Assembly: GCF_004010195.1 (NCBI RefSeq)
Contig: NC_057757.1
Coordinates: forward strand, 4,778,823-4,842,822
DNA from: Chiloscyllium plagiosum
Lineage: Eukaryota
DNA: 64,000 nt
Reading direction: 5' to 3'
Positions 12,794 through 25,340 of this stretch are shown piece after piece. The position numbers were made by a program, and so were the translations under genes. The number at the start of each line of letters is the position of its first letter. Positions within the stretch are counted from its first letter, which is position 1. A model generated the notes under the pieces. It was not told the DNA's origin. It ran no database searches and saw nothing but the letters and a program-made list of their open reading frames with translations.

Positions 12794-14228
12794 TTCAATG
12801 AAACATTTGCTTTTCACTTATCTGAACTTCAACTTTAACTCACTCTATTTAACTTCATTTTACCTTACTTTACTTAATCCACATTTGACTCAGTGATTAG
12901 TACCGCTACCCCACAGCTCCAAGGACCTGTGTTCACTTCCAGCCTTGGGCAGCTATTTGCATGGAGTTTGCACCTTCTCCCTGAGTCTACATGGGTTTCT
13001 GCTGGGTGCTACAGTTTGCTCCAAAGTCCAAAGATGTGCAGGCTAGCTGGCTTAGCCATGGGGAATGTAGGGTTCCAGTAGGGGGTGCGTCTGGGTGGGA
13101 CACTCTTTGGAGGGTTAGTGTGGACTTAATGGGCTGAATAGCCTGCTTTCCCACTGTATAGGGATTCTAACTAAAAGTTTGGCTTGGATCAAATACAACT
13201 TGATTCAACTTCCCTAACTTTATTCTCCATGTAGATCTTTGTCACGTGGTTTTTTTTTTGGTCTTCTCTCTGAAGATTTATCTGGGGACAGACTTGATTA
13301 GATTCCCTACAGTGTGGAAACAGGCCCTTCGGCCCAACAAGTCCACACCGACCCTCCAAAGAGCAACCTACCCAGATCCATTCCCCTACACCTAATACTA
13401 CGGGTAGTTTAACATTATTAATTCACCGAACCTGCACATCTTTGGATTGTGGGAGGAAACCGGAGCTCCCATGGGGAGCTCACGCAGACATGGGGAGAAT
13501 GTGCAAACTCCAGTTTGAACTCCAGAATTGAACCCGGGTCCCTGGCGCTGTGAGGCAGCAGTGCTAACCACTGAGCCACCATGTTGCCCTTAAATCCCAA
13601 GAAAATCTCTTTGCTCTGTTAACTTATCTGAAAATGTGTTTCTGTTCAGAAACATCTCTGCCCCTCAGCCAGTGAATTGATCAAGGAGCAAATTACTGGT
13701 GTTAGTACTGAAAACAAAAAATGCTGGTGATCACAGTGCGTCAGGCAGTATCGATGGAGAAATAGCAAGCTAATGTTTGGAGTCTGGATGACTGTTTATC
13801 AGTGCTGATGTGAAGTGTGGAGGGGGCAGCATTTATGCAGTAGTGGTGGGTGGGGGCAAAGCCTGATCATATCCTTCAATTCCAGCCAATGGAATTTAGT
13901 GGTTAAAAAACACTCCTAAATATTTACAGCAAGTCATAAACAGCACATTCCATACTCCAAATAAGGTAATAATGGTGTCAGCACGTCTACAGACCACCAT
14001 AACACTTCCCTAATTTGTTCAACACAGGGAAGCAAAGGTTGCAACATATCCTGGCTACAGTTTAGCTGATGTCAGAGTTTCAACTAGCTTGACCAAATTT
14101 CCAGCATGCTTGATTGTAGCTCTTAAACAGTCTAGTAGTCAGTTCTGCTGCGCCCACCTGACCACAAAATGCCTTCATCATGTTCAGCATACAGCTGATA
14201 CATGAACTTCCATCATTCTTACCATAAA

Positions 14229-14292
14229 CAATCTAAACCCCTAAATTTGACTTCCAGGTGCAATCTAAACCCCTGAATTTGACTTCCATGTA
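14229..14292. repeat. 32-bp tandem duplication
   Basis: caatctaaacccct(a/g)aatttgacttcca occurs twice. Confidence 0.85.
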
Positions 14293-15247
14293 TCTATGAT
14301 CTTGTAAATATAAAAACCTCCAAGCTCCTCAATCATCTCATAATTCACCATTGGGTATCATATTCTGTATATAACGTGCATCTAACTTTACAGCGAAGAG
14401 ATTCCACGATGATTCTATGGTGTCCCAGCTCCAGTTGCATCGCCAAGCTGAACTGTGGGAGAAACAGCTGCACTGCCGGTAATAGCCAAATATCTCAAAT
14501 AAATGCAAAATACTGCAGATGCTGGAAATCTTAAGTTTAAAACAAAACCCAGAAAGTGCTGGTGAAAGTCAGCAGGTCTAGCACGAACTGTGGAGAAAGA
14601 AACAGTCATAATAGATCATTTCTGAAAGAGTCATACTGGATTCGAAACACTAATTCTGTTTCGCAGGTGCAGCCAGACCTGCTGAGTATTTTCAGAAATT
14701 CCTGTTGTTGTCAACGCCCATTGAATATCATGGGGCAAATGTTAGATTATTTTCTTGCAGTTGTGTGGTGCAAATGTTACTTGCATTATAGTCCATCTAT
14801 ATATTAAAGAATGTACATGCAAATCATGTCTGCAAATCTAAAACAGAGTCATGCAGTCACTTGCTTCCAGATTGAGACTTTCATTTGATTTGATTCAATC
14901 TTATCAGATCATTAGGCCTCCAGTGTTGGACCCTTATCAAAAGAGAATGTTTAGGAAAGAATGTGAAATTATATTGAAAGGATGCAAGAACTGGCCCGGA
15001 CACCATCTTGAGCAGATATCACGATTGGACTGCATGAAGGCCTCAATTTTATATTAAAGAGACAATATTGAGTCTGTTTTAAAATCTGATAACTAATTTC
15101 AATTTCTTGGGAACAACAAAAATGTTTTTCCCATCGAATTTTTAATCTTCATTGATGTAAACAATTCCTGTTCTAATTCAATGATTTAATTTTTACACAG
15201 AGATGTCTCTGACTCATGATTGAATGGTTTCTCCCTTTGTGTCCTAG

Positions 15248-15368
15248 GTGGAGGAAATTACCCTCAAAAATGCTAAAGTGTATTGATACTCGATCGTTGG
15301 TGAGCTCCCTGTGGATTTGAGGTTCAGTTGTGAGAAAGATCTCTGTTTGAACTCTCTGTGGCAGAGAG
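15248..15368 (+). pseudogene. Lipoxygenase exon 4, 121 nt (123 expected), frameshifted
   Basis: ctag/G TGG; WRKLPSKMLKCIDTRSL /fs/ ELPVDLRFSCEKDL /fs/ FELSVAE; donor gttagt. The uncorrected frame stops at TGA 15318-15320. Confidence 0.8.
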
Positions 15369-16152
15369 GTTAGTATCACATTCTTGGAAGAAAGGCTCCA
15401 TAGAAACCATGTGATGATGGAGGGGATATGGAGTACAAGTGCAAAAGAGATATTTGCACTTAAATGAAATGTTGTCCATTTCTGGGTAATGCACTTTAGA
15501 GGTACTGGAGAGGTTGCAGAAAAGATTCACGAGAATTGTTTTGGGGAAGAGGAACTTCAGTGACATGGGTAGATTGGAGACGTTTGCATTGTTTTCCTTG
15601 ATTAAGAGAAGGTTGAGAGGAGATTTCATCAAAGTGCTCAAAATCATGATGGGATCTGGACAGAGTTGACAGAGAGAAACAGTTCCCATCCATAAAAGGA
15701 TCAAGAGTGAGAGGGCACAAATTTACAGTCATTTTGCAAAAGAAGCAAAAGCACTTTAACGTAAAAATTTCCTCACGTAATTTTTGCTGAAGATCAGGAA
15801 TACACAGCCTGGGTGTGTAGTGGAGGCAAGCTCAGTTTATGCTTTCAAAGAGACTTGAATTGTTATCTAAACAAAGAAGAATGTTCAGGGTTGTGAGGAG
15901 AAGGTAGGGGAAAGACAGAAAGTGAATTACTCATTCAGAAAGCTGGTGCAGAAATGACAGGCTGAATGGCCACCTCCTGCACTGCAGTAATTCTGTGATT
16001 TTTGATGACAGGTATACTTGCAAATTTAGTACCAAAACCAATGCTCAGTAAGTTGTGACCTAGTTCTGACTAATGTTCTGTATAGTTGCTGGGAATGGAC
16101 TTGTTACAGGGCCAGGTATTCCTGAGTTCTCAGTCAGTCAGCATCTGATACT

Positions 16153-18085
16153 GTGTGAAATAACCCCACGAAGGCCGGTATTCTGTCACCGTGTCACCCT
16201 TCATTTACACATCAATAGTACAAGACACTGACCCAGCTAGCTTAGAGCTGGCTCCTAGAGTGGCCAGGACCCTCTGACACTCCTGCTTATATCAGCCAGG
16301 GCTCCCTGATTGGACCAGGTTTACAGCCCCAGTCAGGGAACTTATATTCTGAGGTCCGCCTGGCTGATCTCCATTCCGATCAAGAAATCCTCGCCCACTC
16401 TTAAGTCCTGACAGTAGGCCCATTCTTTTTCCTGTAGCTTCTCCTGGGGCATTCTTGCAATGGATCTGGTTCTTTCAACTCTGCCTCAGTTACTGGTGAT
16501 GTGTACCAGACCATAGCTGGCATTTTGCACCTGGAGCGCCTTGGAAGAAAATCATCATCTTCAGATGGTAACAGCATCGACGCTGTGATACCTGCCATGT
16601 CCATCTCACCCTCCGCGATTTCATTGATGCTAGGCAGAGGGGGAGAAGTCAGGGATTTTGACAGCCTTGCCGGAGATTCTGAGAGGCCAAGTATGTTTCA
16701 CTACTGCCCCATTTCCGAGGTTGCAGCTTTCACGTGGTCTGCATACTTGTTCAGGGCCACCTCTCCTAAGTGAACTTTGTACATCATGAAACCCTACGTC
16801 GCATTAACATGCCTCTTACCCATTCTCATGATTGCAACACCAAACTTTGCCCCCTGAAGTAAACTGCCTCTTTCAGTTAGTGGAGTCTTGTGACTGGCAT
16901 TCGGGGTTCCTGATGCTGTTGAATCCTTTGCCCGCCAGGTCTGGGAAGATCAGTTTTAACCTGGTGTGGAGTCTTCTCCCCATTAGCAACTCTGCTGGAG
17001 CTGTCCCTGTAGTTCATTGAGGGTGGCCTGATAATCAAACAGGAACCAAGACGTTTTGGCATCGAGTGAAACTGTAGGCTGTTTCTTTAAGTCTGCCTTC
17101 TAAGTTTGGACTGCTCTTTCCGCCAGACCATTGGATGATGGATGGTAACGATGCTCGCGTCTTTTCAATTGTTGTCACCATGTTTGACAAATGAACTCTA
17201 TGCGCATCCAATCAATTTGAATGGGTGTCCACAATGACTGAGAACATACAGCCGATGAAAGGACCAGTGTAGTAACAGAGTCCAGGTTTTACCCAGCCAT
17301 TCTTGTGAATGTGGGAGGGCTGCTGACAGTAAACTTTGTCCTTTTCGGCACTTCAGACACTGCCTGGCCAAAGTGGTCATGTCAGCATCTAATCCTGGCT
17401 ACCAGACATCACTTGTCAATATCTTCATTTTGGAAACACTCAAGTGACCCTGGTGGAGTTCAGGCAGTGTCTGGCGGCGACCTTTATTCAGGACATTCAC
17501 TCTTACTCCTCATAAAAATATGCAATCCTCTGTGATGATCTGGTCTTCTTGGGTTCTGAGCAGTTTCAGTTCTGGTTGCGTTGGCCCCCACCACCGGCTG
17601 CTTTAGTTTTGCTAGGACAGATCTTTTCTTGTCCACGGTCTGATATTGTCAGCAGTGACTGGAAGTGTGTCCAGAAAGGATTCTTCGAAATGGCAGCTCC
17701 ACCAGTGGTGTATCTGCCAGTAGGAGGTGGTTCAAAGTATCTGCATTTGTTACTTGGACTCCCAGACAATTTTCCAGTTTGTAATTGTACTCAAATTAAG
17801 AGTCTATGGCTGTGTATGGCCTGAAGCTATGGGCAGCATGGTCCTATCCTCTTTAAGTAGTCCTAGCAGGGGTTTGTGGTTCATTACTATTACAAACTTA
17901 TTGGTGGAACTTTCTCACACCAAAGATGACTGCCAAACCTTCCTTCTCTATCTGGCTATATTTTCATTATGCATCAGCCAATATCTGGGAGGCATATACT
18001 ATTGGGCATTCCTCTCTGCCGAGCCACCGGTGAGCCAACACAACCCTGACACCACATGGGGAGGCATTGCATGTCACCTTACATG
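16153..18085 (-). mobile_element. Degenerate Ty3/Gypsy LTR retrotransposon: RNase H and integrase remnants, PPT and 3' LTR (~16153-16386)
   Basis: Minus-strand translation gives ...PIVYASQILADA**KYSQIEKEGLAVIFGVRKFHQ...NHKPLLGL (RNase H) and HPSSNGLAERAVQT (integrase). The LTR matches the solo copies at 53623 and 58167. Confidence 0.85.
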
Positions 18086-18398
18086 ATGATAGCTTTTTCT
18101 TCACTTTCCTAATGGTTATATCTTGGTTAATGAGACCATTTCCAGGCTGACGATTTTCCTATACACGTGTAAGGTTGCCACATGTGACAATTAACTTAGC
18201 AGGTAGTTGCTTCAGTACTTAGCTGAAGTCACATGCTCTCTTAGAAAGGCTAGTTCACTATTTCAAATGATTTTCTGACCCTTGCTTAAAATTAAACAAG
18301 TCATCTTCACAGAACTAAAAGCTAACATCCACATTTCCTTCATTTTCAAATTCCTGAATAATAACATGTTTCATAAACCTTAATCACAATTTGTTTAG

Positions 18399-18505
18399 TT
18401 TTGCAGAAGTGGGACTGAAGGAGATTGTGAAAAATTTAGAACACCCTTGGACCTCTGTTGAGCACTTTGATCACATCTTTTGGAAAGTCAACAATCCCAT
18501 TGCAG
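18399..18505 (+). pseudogene. Lipoxygenase exon 5, 107 nt, intact
   Basis: tttag/T TTT GCA; FAEVGLKEIVKNLEHPWTSVEHFDHIFWKVNNPIA; G/gtaat. Size and phases match ALOX5 exon 5. Confidence 0.88.
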
Positions 18506-18761
18506 GTAATGGAGATTTGCAAACAAAGTGTTTTTAAAAAATTCTAACATAGGATTTGGGTGTCACTGGTTTGTTATCCATCCTTAATTCCCCCTTGAGA
18601 ATATGGTGGTGAGCTGCCTTTTTGAACTACTACAGTCATGGGATATAGGCCACAATGCTGTTAGGGAGGGAGTTCCAGTATTTTGACCTATTACCACTGC
18701 TGAACAGCAATACATTTCCAAGTTGGCATTATGAGTGGATTGAAGGGGGTGGTGTTCCTAT

Positions 18762-19383
18762 TGTTAGAAACAAAATTCAATAAATTTTAGACGAGACCAC
18801 CAAAGCTGGAAACAAGACAATTTATTCTATGATCTTGCAAGAAAGGACTCCAATTGCAGAAAGCAATTGAAGTGATGATTATTCAAACTACTACGCAGTT
18901 ATACTTTTGAGCTGCGTGAGGTCACCTCTCCCGACTCCTGCATTACCCAATCTCTCTTAGTATTTTGCCTCTGCCCATCTATGCTCCATGCCCATTGCCC
19001 CCTTCCCCAGGTTGGCAACCTTCCTCTCTGTAAGTGCTGACACACACATTATTTTGTCGACAGTACATCAAGATCTGGTTTAACATTTTGTATCAATTCT
19101 GCTGGTACATTCCATCCTCGGACATTTCATTAACTTGTATCATTTTGTATAGCCCAAGCATTTCGGTTATCTCAGCTTTTTGCTGAAAACCTAATTTTTA
19201 AAAAGAACTTATTTGCTATAATAATTACACACCAAAGTTAGTATTTAATTAACCACAATTATACACTGAAAGGTAGAGATACTCTTCCCTAAATATCTGC
19301 AGAGTTAATAGTTCTCTTGCTATACCCCTTTTCTGTACGCTTTTTCTATATCTGCAAAACAACACTTTTCCCCATTTCTAACA
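18762..19383 (-). mobile_element. Solo LTR (class I ERV-like), 622 bp
   Basis: Terminal inverted repeats TGTTAGAAA...TTTCTAACA; 4-bp TSD CTAT on both sides (18758-18761, 19384-19387); minus-strand AATAAA near 18822. Confidence 0.85.
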
Positions 19384-20061
19384 CTATGTATGTGCTGCCC
19401 TTGACCTTTTAGGTGATAGCAGTCTTCGAGGAGAAAGTGAGGTCTGCAGATGCTGGAGATCAAAGTTGAAACTTTATTGCTGGAACAGCACAGCAGGTCA
19501 GGCAGCATCCAGGGAACAGGAGATTCGACGTTTCGGGCCAAGACTCCCATCCAATGTCTGCCATCCCCAAAGCTTCCTCCAGGTGTTATTCATCATACAG
19601 GAGGACAGATTCATCAGTTGAGAAGTTGTGACTAATCAATGGGAGATTTCTTGACATGTTGAATCTGATGCCATGAGATTTCTTTGGATCTGGAGTAAGT
19701 GGACTCCAAGGGCAATTTGCTCTCAATTGAATACCATTGTAGCACCACCTTTGCTGTATACCAGTGGGAAAGCTGTGTAGCCAGGTCTGTAGCTGAGCAG
19801 TTCAGTCCAGAACTAGCTGGGGAGTTCAGCTAAGGGCTTTGTGGAAACAGTCTGCTAAAATCTCTTCTTCTGCCCTTCTAACTTCAACCTGTAAGCCTTT
19901 GTTTCATTTTTTTGCTCTGTGTGTAAGGGGTTTGCTTATTGCGACTTTTGTGTATATTTGGAACAGCATAATTAAGTCTAGTTTGGATAGGCTGAGTTCT
20001 GTAGTGGTTCTTTATTCTGTTCTTTGTGTTTCATTGTGTAATCTTGTGAATAAACTTTTGG

Positions 20062-21162
20062 CGTAGCATGTTTTGAGAAGATTTGTAGCTCAGGCTCTGG
20101 ATGTAGATTCGCTTGCTGAGCTGCGAGGTTCATTTCCAGACATTTCATAACCCTTCTGGGTAACGTCTTCAGTGGGCCTCAGGTGAAGCAGTGTACATGA
20201 TTCCTGCTTTCTATTTTTAGGTTTGGGTTTCTTTGGGTTGGTGATGTCATTTCCTGTGGGGATGTCTCTGTTTGGAGTGTCCTAAGATGGATGTGTTGTC
20301 CCAATCGATGTGGTGTCCTTCCTTATCTGTATGTAAGGATACTAGTGAGAGAGAGTCATGTCGTTTTGTGGTTAGTTGGTGTTCATGTATCCTGGTGGCT
20401 AGTTTTCTGCCTGTTTGTCCAACGTAGTGTTAGTTGCAGTTCTTGCACGGTATTTTGTAAATGATATTAGTTTTACTTGTTGTCTGTATAGGGTCTTTCA
20501 AGTTCATTAGCTGCTGTTTTAGTGTGTTTGTGGGTTTGTGGATTACCATGATGCCAAGGGGTCTGAGTAGTCTTTGATGTAGAGGAGAGTGGCTAGGGTT
20601 TCTGGACGTGTTTTGTCTGCTTGTTTGGGTTTGTTGCTGAGAAATCACACTGTTTTCATTGGGTACCCATTTTTTTTTTATTAGATTAGATTACTTACAG
20701 TGTGGAAACAGGCTCTTCGGCCCAACAAGTCCACACCGACCCGACGAAGCGCAACCCACTCAGACCCTTTGAATACACTGTATAGGTGATTTTCCTCTGC
20801 TCTGCATAGTTCCTCTGTGCTGCAGTGTGTGTTGGCTCATTGAAATAATGTTCTGATGCATCCATCTTAGGACAATCCAAACAGAGACACTCCCGAGAAT
20901 TCCTAGAAGCATGGCATTCCAACCGGAACTCTATCAACAAACACATCTAGTTAGACCCCATCTACCACCCCCTGAGAAAAAGAACCGGAAATGACATTAC
21001 CACAAGAAATGACATTACCAACCCAAATAAACCCAAACATATAAATAGAAAACAGGAATCATGTACACTGCTTCGCCAGAGGCCTACTGAAGATGTTACC
21101 TAGTAAGGTGACGAAACGTCTGGAAATGAACCTCCCAGCTCAGTGAGCGAACCTACATCCAA
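20062..21162. mobile_element. Penelope-like element with inverted pLTR arrangement, nested in an LTR-like sequence and containing an HE1 SINE tail
   Basis: Minus-strand GIY-YIG motif NIIYKIPCKNCN*HYVGQTGRKLATRIHEH; ~20098-20270 is an inverted repeat of ~21000-21161. Confidence 0.82.
21084..21123 (+). ncRNA. Minimal hammerhead ribozyme motif in a Penelope pLTR
   Basis: CTA-CTGAAGA-T-GTTACC-TAGTAA-GGTGAC-GAAA-CGTC-TGG. Confidence 0.7.
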
Positions 21163-22153
21163 TTTTTTGTCTGTTTTAAAACCTGCTAGTCAACCTTGCT
21201 AACTTATTCCGGATAATTTTCACTGTACACTTACCGCAACAAATGGTCTGGGCTGCCTGCTTAAGAATGTTTTGAGTGGTCTGGCCTCGTCTATAACACA
21301 CTAGCAGTGGAGTTGTTGGTGTCTAGGATTTTGTCTATAACTATATCAGGCTGTTACTTTCCATACCTGTAAGACAACTGTCCCAATTTTAACCCTAGCT
21401 CCCAGTTGTTAGAAAGGGTGACTTTGCAGCAGGGCTGAGTTTGCCATTGTTGTTTCTAGTGCCTTCATCAATGCCAGGTGGTCTGTCTGGTTTTTATTTC
21501 TTTTTTTGAGAGGCAGCTAAGAGTTAACCATGTAGGTCAGACCAGATAAGGAGGACGGTTTCCTTCCCTAAAGAACATTAGTGAACCAGATGTGTTTTTG
21601 CAATAGCCTACAATAGTTTCATGCTCATCATTAGCCTTTTTTAATTCCAGCTATTTATTGAATTTTAATTATAATATCTACCATAGCAGGATTTGAATCC
21701 TGGCACCAGAAAATTGCATGAGTCTCTGGAATTAATAACCCAGTGACTCTACCACTAAGTCATTCCTTCCCAAATTAGGAGAGCTCATACTCTGAGATAG
21801 TATTACAAAAATTTCAACAATACAATATTTATTACACCAGTGAAACCAATTAGAAAGAAAGAATCTGCATTGCTATAGGACTGTTAATGACCTCATGATT
21901 TCTCAAGGTACTTTATAGATAATGAAATATTTTTGAATGAAATTGGAATGTAGAAAACGAGATGTGTAGGAAGTTACCATAACTGATGATGTGCTAATGA
22001 GCATATTTATCAGCTTTCTTGCCAAGAATATTTGATTCTTTTGCTCCAAAAATGCACTTTATTGATAACAGTTTTGAAAGTGCATAACAAAACATTGTGA
22101 TTTGTGAACTGCAGAGATTACAATCAAATTGAACTTGTCTCCATAGAGCATGT

Positions 22154-22305
22154 AGGAGAAAGTGAGGACTGCAGATGCTGGAGATCAAAGTCGAGTTTGG
22201 TGCTGGAAAAGCAGAGCAGGTCAGGCAGCATCCGAGGAGCAGGAGAATCTGTTCCTCTGATGCTGCCTATCCTGCTCTGCTTTTCCAGTACCACAATCTC
22301 GACTT
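22154..22305. mobile_element. Fold-back PLE-derived insertion with 12-bp TSD
   Basis: Internal inverted repeat gctggaaaagcagagcaggtcaggcagcatc / gatgctgcctatcctgctctgcttttccag; CATAGAGCATGT at 22142-22153 and 22306-22317. Confidence 0.82.
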
Positions 22306-25170
22306 CATAGAGCATGTGCCACTCTGAGGTGACTCAGTACAACTTCAACTCTCCTGATATTAACAATGAATATTCCATGTCAGGTATGCAGTTTGAGTGG
22401 TTCCGCACAGTTTCCCCACCTGTCCAGCAACCTCAGAGGTATCAATTCAAGTCTTGAGTGTGGTTGTCTTCCAGAGGAATCTCTTTGCGCTGATCCTTCC
22501 TGGTTGACATCCAGTAAGGCACTGGCCACTGAGAAATTTATGTTAATAGTAATCTGTTTTAGTATTCTTTTTGTCAAAGTAAAACACCTAACATTTTCCC
22601 ACATTATACTCCATTTACCATCATTTTTGACACTAACTTTATCTATGGCCCTTTGTATACTCTTTTTAAACCCCGCACAACTTGCCTCCCTGAAAATCTT
22701 TGTATCATCAGCAAATGTGGTTACAATACAATTGTTTGACCCCCTAATCCAACTTATTAATATTAATAAGTTTCTAAACATTTAAGTAAATGTCATTCTC
22801 AGACAGAAAGAGCATATATTGCACTGAGGGGAAAGAGGAGATTCACCCGGAATTTGCCTGGACAGGAGTATTTTAACAATGAAGAGAGGCTGAATAAGCT
22901 CGGGTTGTTTCTTTTTGATGCAGAGAAGTTTGAGCTTTGCAGGGTCCTGATTGTAATGGAAAGATAGTGATTAGTATGGACAGTGTGGATGGCATCCCTT
23001 CGTTGAAGGGTCATTAACAAGGTGGCATAACTTTTAAGGTGAAAGGCAGGAAGTTTAGAGGGGATTTGAAGAAATGGTTTTCATCCACAGGATGGTGGGA
23101 ATCTGAAAAAGTGGCTTTGGAGGGTAATTGAGATGGGAAACTTCACAACCTTTAAAAAGTGTTTGAATGTCATAACATTCAAGAATAAAGGCAACTGCTG
23201 AAAGGTGGGATTAGTTTGGATATGATGGGTCCAAGGGCTTGTTCTGTACTATATGATTCTATGCTTCTGTGTACGGGATAAGGACCTGTTTCAGGTCAAC
23301 AAAATAGTTGACAACTTCTTACTGGTTCCTTTCTCAGGAGAATGCCTTGACCAAGGAAAGTCAACTTGCTTGATTTAAAACTTAAAATTTGGCAGATCAC
23401 TGCCAATCATCATTACTTTTGCATTCTCTATCACAACAACTCTACTAATCAGAGTCCACTTGCCAACCAATAAGTCCTCCATCTCATACATTTAATGATA
23501 TTCTTATGAATTGTCCTGATGAGTGCAAGATGAAAAGCCTTGCTGAAATGTCTTTTTTCAGCAATAATCAAGTTCTGTTCTACCAAATCGCTGCATAGTT
23601 GAGGTCCTAAACTGATCCATGTGGGACTCCATCTATTATGATTTACTAACCTAAAAATAACCATTTATCCCGACCCTTTATTTCCCATTAGTGAATTAAT
23701 CTTTTAACATATCACCCCAACACCATGAACTCAGATCTTGTAAGGCAACCTTTTATGTGTCACATTATCAGAAGTCTTCTGGAAAGCAAATGATGCAGTA
23801 TCCTTTGATTTCCCCATTCAGCGATTTCTTTTTTTTTGTATTCTTGCATTAGATGTGGGTACAGGCAAAGCTGGCATTCATTACCCATCTCTAATTATTT
23901 TTGAACTGATTAGCTCTCTATACCATTTCAGAGTCAACCACATCACTATGAGTCTGGAGTCACATGTAGGTTAGACCAGGTAATGATGGCAGATTCCTTT
24001 CCTGAAAAGACATTAGCTAACCAGATAGGCTTTTGTAACAATCAACAATGTGTTCACTTTTAATTTGAGATTTTATTGAATTCAAATTTTGCTAGCTGCC
24101 ATGGTGAGATTTAAACTCATGTCCCTACAACACTAACCTGGGATTCTAGATTGCCAGTCCAGTGGTGTTCCCTCTATGTCACCACCTCCCGTGCTTGTTA
24201 CACCTTCAAAGAACACCTATAAATTTATCAAACATAATTGCCCTTTCAAAAACCATGTTCACCCTGCCTGTATTATGATTTTCTCATAATCATGCTACTA
24301 CTTCCTTAGTAATGCATTATAATATTTTTCAATGGCAGATATTAAGCTAAGTGGCCTGTACTTTGCTGCTTTCTGACTATCTCCTTCCTTGAATTGAGGT
24401 GTTCAGCCCAATATTTGTCCTTCAAACAACTTTTAAAAACATAGATAATCTTGTTATTATCACACTGCTGTTTGTGGGAATGACCTTTGTGCAAAGTGGC
24501 AGTCTCATTTCCTTTGTTATATCCCTTTAAAACAACACAATGTATAAATACAGGTATTGGCTTTTTTTCATAGGAATAAGGAATTAAATAATCATCAGAT
24601 ACTATCAATGAAATGTAGCTTTAATGCAACCAAGAGATTTTCATGTAACTCGAATGTAATGTAACGAGCTATGAAGTGTAAACCTAATGTGTTAAACAAT
24701 ACAGAGTCTTTCTTCTGCTGAAGATGTGTGCTTCTTTCCCTCTTGTTATCAGTAAGTCTGACTGATACCGATAAGTAGGATTGCTGACAGTGAATCTATC
24801 CAACGCATCTCAGATGGTTCCAACGGAGAGGACCACAGCATTTGCAGTAAATTTCAAAATTCTTCAGACAGCACAAGATAGAACATGAAACTGAAAAGTT
24901 GCTCTCTGCACTAGGTTGTGCTGAATCCTTATTCTCGATATCAATCAAGCCTCTTCTATTAATGACAAAAAGCGGCCATTGTTTACTCAAAACATATTGC
25001 TGTGTACCAGAGGAGAAACAAGTTTGACTATTAATATTGAGTCACAGAGTTCTTGTCTGGTGTGGAGGGATTGCCTGTGTTCACCAAGCCTTCTACTGAG
25101 TTAGCTTTAAATTGTTGTTAACAGGACCTTGGTATTTCTGGAATATTAACTTTTTTTTTCTCTTTCTCAG

Positions 25171-25340
25171 TATTTGCAAAAGATCATTGGAAGGAGGATT
25201 GGTTCTTTGAAAACCAGTTCTTGAACGGCTTCAACCCAGTCCTGATAGAGAAATGCAACAAAATCCCATCGAGCTTCTGTGTGACAGATGAAATGGTCAG
25301 GATGTCTCTCAGGAACTCCACGCTGAAGCAAGTAATGGAG
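25171..25340 (+). pseudogene. Lipoxygenase exon 6, 170 nt, canonical donor mutated (AT instead of GT)
   Basis: Polypyrimidine tract plus cag; FAKDHWKEDWFFENQFLNGFNPVLIEKCNKIPSSFCVTDEMVRMSLRNSTLKQVME, followed by atacat. Confidence 0.9.
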
